DNA of 64,000 nt from Thermoplasmatota archaeon (GTDB lineage: Archaea; Thermoplasmatota; JAKEGO01), in contig JANQNK010000006.1 in the NCBI GenBank assembly GCA_028279595.1, positions 137,951 to 201,950 of the forward strand. The letters run 5' to 3'. The translations under genes and the position numbers were made by a program. Of this stretch, positions 58,501 through 64,000 are shown in pieces. The notes below the pieces were generated by a model. It was not told where the DNA came from. It was given only the letters and a program-made list of their open reading frames with translations, and ran no database searches. Numbering within the stretch: the stretch's first letter is position 1; every line of letters starts with the position of its first letter.

Positions 58501-60985
58501 GTACGTTGGTCGCGCTCGTGCCGTAGATGCCCTCCCCGTTGCTCGTGAAGTTCGTCATGTGCACGTAGGTCTGCCCACCGGATGTCACGTAAAGTCCGTT
58601 GGTGGGGTTCAGGTGAACGGTACATCCGGAAACAGTGATGTTGTTCGTCGAGTCGAGATAGATCCCAGTATTGGTGTTCGAGGCTATGGATGAGGCAGTC
58701 AACTCGACGTTGAAACTGCTCAGCAAGTAGACCCCGAAGACGTTGTTGCTGACGGAGAGATCGTCGAGATATGCACCCGTCGTGTCCTCTATGAACACAC
58801 CCCGCTGGCTAGCGTCGAGCAGACAGTCAGTCAGGGTGAAGGAAGTGTTGTCGTCGAAGTGGACTCCGGAATCCTCGTTGTTCGTTCCCGAATCTGTTAT
58901 CTGGAATCCGGAGATCCCGGTCCCTGCGGCCGTCACATATACCACGGTGCCTGTGTTGCTCCCGTCGATCGTGGTGTTCGCCGTACCATTGCCGACGAGC
59001 TGGAGCCCCTCCACGTCCACCACCACGTTCTCGGCATATGTCCCGTCCCACACCCGGACGGTCCAGTTGGCTGTCGAGTTATCGATGCCGCGCTGTACCG
59101 TGTCGTACGGATGCTCCTCCGAGCCGTCCATGCTCGGGTCTCCGGCGTTGTCGTCGTCGACATAGATGATGGTCTCGTTGCCCGTGTAGTTGAACGTCTC
59201 GGTGTGGCTCGTGGACATGTTTACCATCCGCTCGTCGTGCCAGCCGCGGAAATTGACCCGGACCGAAGTGGTGTTATCGATCGGCGTCGACGAATCGTCA
59301 TACACCCTGTCTGTGACCAGGATGTCATAGACGTATCCGTCAGCATCGGTCGTGGTGTCGTTGCCGCCGTAACCCGGAGTGGCGTAGATGGTAGTATTGT
59401 TATCATGGACCTGCACATCGACGTTCTCTACCGAGGAGTTACCCTCGACCACGTGAATCGTGAGGTAGTTCTGGACCGGCATGAGAGAATCCGTGTTGGA
59501 TACGGTATCGAACGAAGAGTTTGTGAGAGCAAGGGCAAAGGACGATAGCCATATGTCGGCCCTTGAATTGTTCGAGAACATCGAGCCCACGACAGTGTTG
59601 TTCGTACCCGATGACCCGTAGAAACCATCGCGGTTCTCCTTGGCCTCGAGGTTCATGATGACATTGTTATCGCTACCCGATACGAGCTTTAGACCGCCCT
59701 GGAAATGATACTTCGAGATCGAGTCTATGATGGTATTGTTGATGCAGTTCGAGAGGTGGATACCCTCATAGTTATCTCCGGATGAAACGTTGCCGATAGC
59801 ACATCGGTCCGAATCCACCATCTTGAGGCCCCAACCGGTCGACCAGACATCGACGTTCGACATCGAGGTGCGGTCAGCATTCTCCAACCATATCCCGTTC
59901 GCATCGTTGTTCGATGCGTTGACATCGACGATCGAGGTCCCTACAGCATCGCGGATGTAGATCCCGTTCGCGCCCCAGGTCGCGATGACAGTGTCGATGG
60001 TCGTCCAGTTCGAATCGACCGCCCTGATGTTGTACCAGTTGTTGTCCTGTGCGAAGCTGTTCTGGATGGTAGTGCTGTCAGAATACGCGAGGAGGACGCC
60101 GACGTCCCCGTTGATGAGGGTCTGGGCATTCACGGTCACGTTGGTGCATCCGACAAGGATGACCTCTCCCGCGTTGACGGGTACCGACCCGCCTATCTGT
60201 CCGTTGAGGTAGTAGACGTTGTCTCCGTTCACCGTGTTGTTCGTCGGTATCGTATGTGTGAACTCCGCCTCCGTCGTTCCCTCGATCATGATGCCGCATC
60301 CGGTCATAACGTTCGAGTACAGTTCGTTGGTTTCGGCCCCGAAGAGATAGATGCCGTGCTCCGAGCCGTGGATGTTGTTGCCCTCAATGACGTTGTCGTC
60401 GCTGCCCTGAAGGACCACGATCCCCCAGTCGTCGTTGGAGCAGTTGTTGTTGAGGACCCTGGAGTCGGTGGCATTGTCGAGCATTATCCCGGTGTTGTTG
60501 TTGTCGTTGATCACGTTGTCATATATGTTGAGAAGCCATGAATCGACAGCGTAGATACCGTCCTTCGTGTAACTGATGTCGGTTCCGTTGATAGTCACGG
60601 ACCTGACGTTATCGAGTACAATACCGTTACCTCCTGTCGCCAGGCCGTCATGTGTGATCGAAAGACCGCTGATGTTCACATCGTTCTGGGTGATCGTGAT
60701 CACGTCGTCGAAGCCAGTACCGTTCACGGTGGTGTCCGCCGTGCCGTTGCCGATGATCGTCAGGTTCCGAACGACCGTGAAGGTCTCCTCGTATGTGCCG
60801 TTGAAGACCAGGATCGTATCGCCCCAGTTCGCATTGTCGACGGCATCCCCGATCGAGGTATAGTTCGCCCAGGAACCGCTGTCGTCGTCGACGACGATGG
60901 TCGCTCCCTCAGTGGTCGTGGGTACACCAACGATGAGTGCGGCCACAATTACCAGCGCTAGTACAATAACGCCCCGTACAGTCAT
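52592..60985 (-). CDS. Giant (about 2797 aa) surface protein, tandem paralog of the 3296-aa protein
   Basis: Same architecture, terminal CPSC...CEKC. Start reassigned to MTVRGV behind GGAGATGA, as in the paralog. Confidence 0.9.
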   Translation of the reverse strand: MTVRGVIVLALVIVAALIVGVPTTTEGATIVVDDDSGSWANYTSIGDAVDNANWGDTILVFNGTYEETFTVVRNLTIIGNGTADTTVNGTGFDDVITITQNDVNISGLSITHDGLATGGNGIVLDNVRSVTINGTDISYTKDGIYAVDSWLLNIYDNVINDNNNTGIMLDNATDSRVLNNNCSNDDWGIVVLQGSDDNVIEGNNIHGSEHGIYLFGAETNELYSNVMTGCGIMIEGTTEAEFTHTIPTNNTVNGDNVYYLNGQIGGSVPVNAGEVILVGCTNVTVNAQTLINGDVGVLLAYSDSTTIQNSFAQDNNWYNIRAVDSNWTTIDTVIATWGANGIYIRDAVGTSIVDVNASNNDANGIWLENADRTSMSNVDVWSTGWGLKMVDSDRCAIGNVSSGDNYEGIHLSNCINNTIIDSISKYHFQGGLKLVSGSDNNVIMNLEAKENRDGFYGSSGTNNTVVGSMFSNNSRADIWLSSFALALTNSSFDTVSNTDSLMPVQNYLTIHVVEGNSSVENVDVQVHDNNTTIYATPGYGGNDTTTDADGYVYDILVTDRVYDDSSTPIDNTTSVRVNFRGWHDERMVNMSTSHTETFNYTGNETIIYVDDDNAGDPSMDGSEEHPYDTVQRGIDNSTANWTVRVWDGTYAENVVVDVEGLQLVGNGTANTTIDGSNTGTVVYVTAAGTGISGFQITDSGTNNEDSGVHFDDNTSFTLTDCLLDASQRGVFIEDTTGAYLDDLSVSNNVFGVYLLSSFNVELTASSIASNTNTGIYLDSTNNITVSGCTVHLNPTNGLYVTSGGQTYVHMTNFTSNGEGIYGTSATNVHVSDCDIISSTSNGFALRATSNVFSIEASELRSNNNGISIQQSFGGEVGNTSISDSTSNDIELSTNSEVTTYNVNFTEDEVSIDVTSTLTVKNYLTVRVVNQYGEGIKDADVMVEDNDNTEYSSDGYGGSDPQTSPKGYIEELLITDRIYDGSNTATQNITNASAKFDGEEVLVDVDMATSHIEEIEINISLEGIFFVDWTNTGDPQMNGSLEHPYDTIERALDNATDGMTIRVFDGVYEEEVVIEKEIKLKGNASDTEIKALENENGVVVNVANVTVELVYINRSAGSEVGLNGTDAAWNLTIDSVVIKGFDYGIAIGMAENLLFDNLTINNPEYAIYLLNCTNFTVMDSHLEHRELNDSASGVMVENCINGTVYNNTVYSYYYSVEIGDSWNVTIEENEFDNAYAMVYSDTEVHEVSVIDNTLTNATIGIGFLDTSFSATDVNASGNSIMYMENQAVYVFGASIVEVGWNTIENALAGVQSVSSGLVTVHNNSISEVEVAVNSQFDSGIYVHDNHIVNASEHGISLLSTGEGAYDDPEVMANGVMNATTGIQLKDVDNVQVMDNRIENSTLRGLVINTSMYLDVAGNELFNNSMNMDIYGTEIDHYYHTITKSNKVNGMTVYYRVNESDLDISGGMGYAGFVNCDGEINNADVEPNVQGMLFMNTEDLIVVNTTIGMAEDQFKLYASEIRILNTYLDENSTDMTSNSTLIVQNFLHVHANNTIGEDLEDADVQVEDNDDTIYASSGYGGSDERTDSDGYVMWIIVTDRIYYGKAGATENDTVVIVKNNTWEEVRNVTMNTTHTEWFNEGGSAGNERPLVSIVDPAEDDTVGGEYEINGNASDPDGTVVRVEVKIDWNGTWHTCTGTEIWSYRWNTSEVEDGEHAIFARSWDGDLYSAEDIVNVTVDNTNFAPNISITEPMEDEVVEGEIPVKGNATDQDGGEDIDLVEVAITMNGSDPESEDWNDAEDTSDNNTWESWEYLWNTSEGDDGEYTIWARAYDGTAYSDWASVNITVYNPDPPTVEILDPTEGMEINATYFVNGTADDPDENDEVISVWVAITEAGEDASGWELANDTSENGTWETWTYEWDSTEVVDGNYTVHAMSYDGNETSEIDTVNVTVENVNFVPRTVTEDPEEDEGVSGTINVTGFVRDTDDEIESINVSIDDDDFEDDLLDVTFEKVAWDRWDWWAEWDTSEWNQGEYTIYARAIDERGMESNTWAVNVTVYENIPPTLNFTNPEEGVNDDVYKGETESYFIQWEDDDPDDDATIDLYYDEDDDGEDGTEIVTGLSEDEEDGSGHEKDDYEWDIFDVDEGTYYIYAVLSDGENADVVVVSDGTITIHEGSPNEAPEIEITQPNGSKEDRIDEDGSYTIYFNASDIDEDDLTIRLYYDNDTDTSAYKGEITDGALDQDDTEYTWTTNAITGEFYIHAKVNDGTVEVWETSPGTLTIGDVIAPAGVGNLTVEDTGFGGDLGITFTMPGDDRWSGDIAYYMIRSSSSSIDDEDDWDDASNSMTLYWPTTPGEEVEFTLSHDFQVDTEYHVAVRAFDDADNMGPIESGSATPTLVETTGRTIRSLPSGYGAQYSWLGTGTIDAQEEVGEYSIVGTGLATLDDIYVSLEATGWVSEVKLNFVYPSNLASVDVSDAKVYRRTLTGWEEVDRTGHHEGNRTIWCVLDELSIFAPLGLPIGEPEVDVTWSPQSPKEDQSVTFEVTYTDLAGREPNQIYLFADNQRISLTEVNGTPEDGIVYTATVKLDPGSYSVFAKYYWGDPEEESESTPMSLIVKEKDEEEGISMSIILGAIGGIFLVLIILMVMRGRKKKAVEKEPAKPDVVEATVASDAFEDVGEPVTAEVPVEVEATVAEPAGEVPPHIAAEAAAAAPEGVPVEAPPAEVHEVAAVPGAAPAMLTLPTVPEAPAAEVEPEVVEADLTDTGKLIFAPCPSCGNRLIIPKERPVDIGCEKCGEEFTVN

Positions 60986-61020
60986 AGAGTCATCTCCGGA
61001 TTGGACCATTGTAACGTCTG

Positions 61021-61048
61021 TATAAATATGTAGTGGAAATTGCCGGAC
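61021..61048 (-). promoter_or_regulatory. Conserved promoter motif, copy 2 (upstream of the 2797-aa gene)
   Basis: TATAAATATGTAGTGGAAATTGCCGGAC (+). Confidence 0.7.
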
Positions 61049-61385
61049 AGTATGATGGGAGTTTTCAGGGTGTTTTCATGGCTATATATCCTCGGGATCC
61101 GAGCCCATTTCCCGACCATTTCGATGGTCCCCCGACCGGTTCGGGGCCGTCGGATCTCGACTTCGACGTTCGTCTATCTTTGTGTGAAATCGCACAAATC
61201 TTTTATAGACCCGGTTTCCTAGTGTCCATGCGGGGCATTCCGGGGCGCAAAGTACATATACCCCTAGGGATTTGCCACCGTACTGAGTGCACTCACTGAT
61301 CTCAAGGTCATTGGGGAAGGGCAGAGGTCCCTCCGGGGACCCGTGACGCCGCGCATACGCAAGTTCCTAACGCTAATTGGGCCGC

Positions 61386-64000
61386 ATAAGCTGCAATTAT
61401 GCCGCCTGGGGGATGGCTCGGCTCGGACGCCGATGAAGGTCGTGCCAAGCTGCGTAAAGCGACGGGTAGGCGCAAGGAGCCATAGATCCGTCGATGACCT
61501 AATGGGACTTCCCATGTCTCGTACATGATCCCCCCAGGGATCGGGAACCCCCCGGAGTGAAGCATCTCAGTAGGGGGAGGAGAAGAAATCAATAGAGATG
61601 CCGTGAGTAATGGCGAACGAAAACGGCAAAGAGCAAACCGAACCGGCGTGTGAAAGCACGTTGGAATGTGGTGTTGACCCCTTTACACCCGCCCGATGTG
61701 ACCTCAACTCTCCTGGAACGGAGGGCCATAGAGGGTGAAAGCCCCGTGAGGGAAGCATCGAGGGTGATTTTGGGGTATCTTGAGTATCATGCGTTGGATA
61801 TCGCGTGAGAATTTGGGAGTTACTAACTTCTAACTCTAAATACGTTCCGAGACCGATAGTGGAGTAGTAGCGTGAGCAAAAGCTGAAAAGCACCCTTGAC
61901 GGGAGGTGAAAAGGCTCTGAAACCAGGCGGTAACAGGCTGATATGGCGTGAAAGCGCAAGCGATGTCATATCGTCCGTTTAGAAAAACGGTCCAGGGAGT
62001 TCGTTCAATGGCGAGGTTAAGCTGGAAGCAGCGTAGCCGTAGGGAAACCGACAGTCCGCAACCCGCAAGGGCCAGGGACGTGGTGGGCTCGCCAGGAGTC
62101 ATTGATGAGAGACCCGAAGCCGGTCGATCTATGCCTGGGCAGGCTGAAGCCCTGTGAAAACAGGGTGGAGGGCCGCACCGGTGCTGACGTGCAAATCGCT
62201 CGGATGACCTGGGTATAGGGGTGAAAGGCCAATCTAGACCGGGGATAGCTGGTTCCTCCCGAGACTACTCGTAGGTAGACCTCGGCTGAGACTGACGGCG
62301 GCGTAGAGCACTGATTGGGTGTTTGCGGGGAGAAATCCCTCGGCATTCTGTCAAACTCCGAAGCTGTCGTCGTTGTAGAAGCCGGGAGTGAGGGCATCGG
62401 GATAAGCTTGATGTCCGAAAGGGGAACAACCCAGACTGGGGTTAAGGTCCCTAAGTGTCGGCTAAGTGTCACAGACAAAGGGTGTCCATGTTCCTAAACA
62501 GCTGGAAGGTTGGCTTAGAAGCAGCCATCCTTTAAAGAGTGCGTAACAGCTCACCAGTCGAGATCATGGGCCCCGAAAATGGACGGGGCTAAGCCGACCA
62601 CCGATACCCCAGAGCAGCCACAAGCTGATCTGGTAGGGAGGTGTCGTGCGTGGGTAGAAGCAGGGCTGTGAAGTCCTGTGGACCGCGTTCGAATAAGGAT
62701 CCTGGAGAGAGTAGCAGCATAGATGGGTGAGAATCCCATCCGCCGAAAGGGCCAGGGTTCCTCGACGATGTTCATCAGTCGAGGGTTAGTCGGTCCTAAG
62801 GCACTTCTTAATCGAAAGTGCCGAAAGGGAAGCAGGTTAATATTCCTGCACCGTAGGTGTTCTGCCCAGTTTCTGACGCATAAGGGTAGGTCGAGCACGG
62901 CCGTCGCTGTGTTCAAGCACTGAAGGCCGCGGAGAACCGTCATGGTGAGAAACGGTTGAATGTGTGATGAGGCCGTCCTAAGGATGGCTTCGGCCAATCC
63001 CTTGTGCCCGTGAAAAGGAGACTGGGGTCAAACCTATGACCGTACCTAGAACCGACACAGGTGCCCCAGGGTGAGTAGCCCAAGGCGTGACGGAATAATC
63101 CAGGCGAGGGAATTCGGCAAAATGGCCCTGTCTCCTTGGTTTAAGGGGTGCCAGCCATGTGAATGGCTGGTCGCAGTGACATGGGGGCTCCGACTGTTTA
63201 GTAAAAACATAGGTGGTAGCTAGTTCGAAAGGATGTGTACTGCCGCTGAATCCTGCCCAGTGTCGGTATCTGAAGCCCCGGTTCAACGGGATGAAGGACC
63301 GATAAACGGCGGGGGTAACTCTGACCCTCTTAAGGTAGCGTAATACCTTGTCGCTTAATTGGCGACTTGCACGAAAGGTCCAACGAGAGCCCTACTGTCC
63401 CCGCCTGGAGCCCGGTGAAAGCGACTTACTGGTGCAGAGTCCAGTACAGTCCAGCAGGAAGCGAAGACCCCGTGGAGCTTTACTGCAACCTGTGGTTGTG
63501 ATACGGTCCTTAATGTGCAGCGTAGGCGGGAGCCGTCGAAACCCGGACGCCAGTTCGGGTGGAGGCACCGATGAAACACCGCCCTCTAGGGATCGTGTCA
63601 CTCGACTCCTTCGGGAGGACACCTATAGGTAGGCAGTTTGGGTGGGGCGCCACGCCCTCGAAAAGATAACAAGGGCGCCCAAAGGTCGGCTCAGGCAGGT
63701 CAGAAATCTGCCGTTGAGTGCAAGGGCAAAAGCCGGCTTGACGTGGATCGGGACAACAACGACCCACGATGCGAGAGCAGGGCCTAGCGAACCTATCGTC
63801 CCGCATTAGTAGCGGAGATAGATGACAGAAAAGTTACCCCGGGGATAACAGAGTTGTCTCCAGCAAGAGTTCACATCGACCTGGAGGCTTGCTACTCCGA
63901 CGTCGTCTCTTCCTATCCTGGTGGTGCAGCAGCTGCCAAGGGTGGGGTTGTTCGCCCATTAAAAGGGATCGTGAGATGGGTTTAGACCGTCGTGAGACAG
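61386..64000 (+). rRNA. rrl: Archaeal 23S rRNA (3' end beyond the window; 5' end approximate)
   Basis: GGATGGCTCGGCT...GCCGATGAAG, GTGAAGCATCTCAGTA, CTTAAGGTAGCG, GAAGACCCCGTGGAG, GGGATAACAG and GGGTTTAGACCGTCGTGAGACAG. Confidence 0.98.

Noticed and set aside
42591-61009. Diversity-generating retroelement or CRISPR explanation for the repeats
   Set aside because: No reverse transcriptase, no adenine-specific TR/VR pair noticed and no regularly spaced DNA repeats. The repeats are protein-domain level.
61264-63806. Track ORFs within the rRNA region; possible rRNA intron
   Set aside because: They lie within 23S rRNA, and landmark spacing fits an uninterrupted gene with no homing endonuclease ORF.

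Overview
Archaeal chromosomal DNA, GC-rich overall. The gene set and a 23S rRNA gene with no 16S upstream point to a Thermoplasmata lineage (inference). Housekeeping genes: hutU, dnaG coupled to a protease-less Lon-like AAA+ ATPase, pyk, polB, rps27ae, rps24e, an Sm/Lsm protein, cdc6/orc1, NMN adenylyltransferase, gdhA, coaBC, acyl-CoA dehydrogenase, purL, three tRNAs (Asn, Ile2-CAU, Thr) and most of a 23S rRNA gene. There are many secreted Ig-like and beta-helix surface proteins, including two tandem giant paralogs (3296 and about 2797 aa). Four real genes are missing from the ORF track: a wHTH-STAND ATPase, rps27ae, a 58-aa protein and a 55-aa histone-fold protein. The best candidate for an undescribed system is a six-gene tightly coupled operon at 1194-9786 (-). 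It encodes a multi-Ig polytopic membrane protein, an adaptor, and four coiled-coil proteins with matching N-terminal motifs and C-terminal DnaJ-type zinc fingers, which suggests a membrane-anchored head-to-tail scaffold. I saw no CRISPR array, transposase or integrase. All calls come from manual motif reading; no database search was run.
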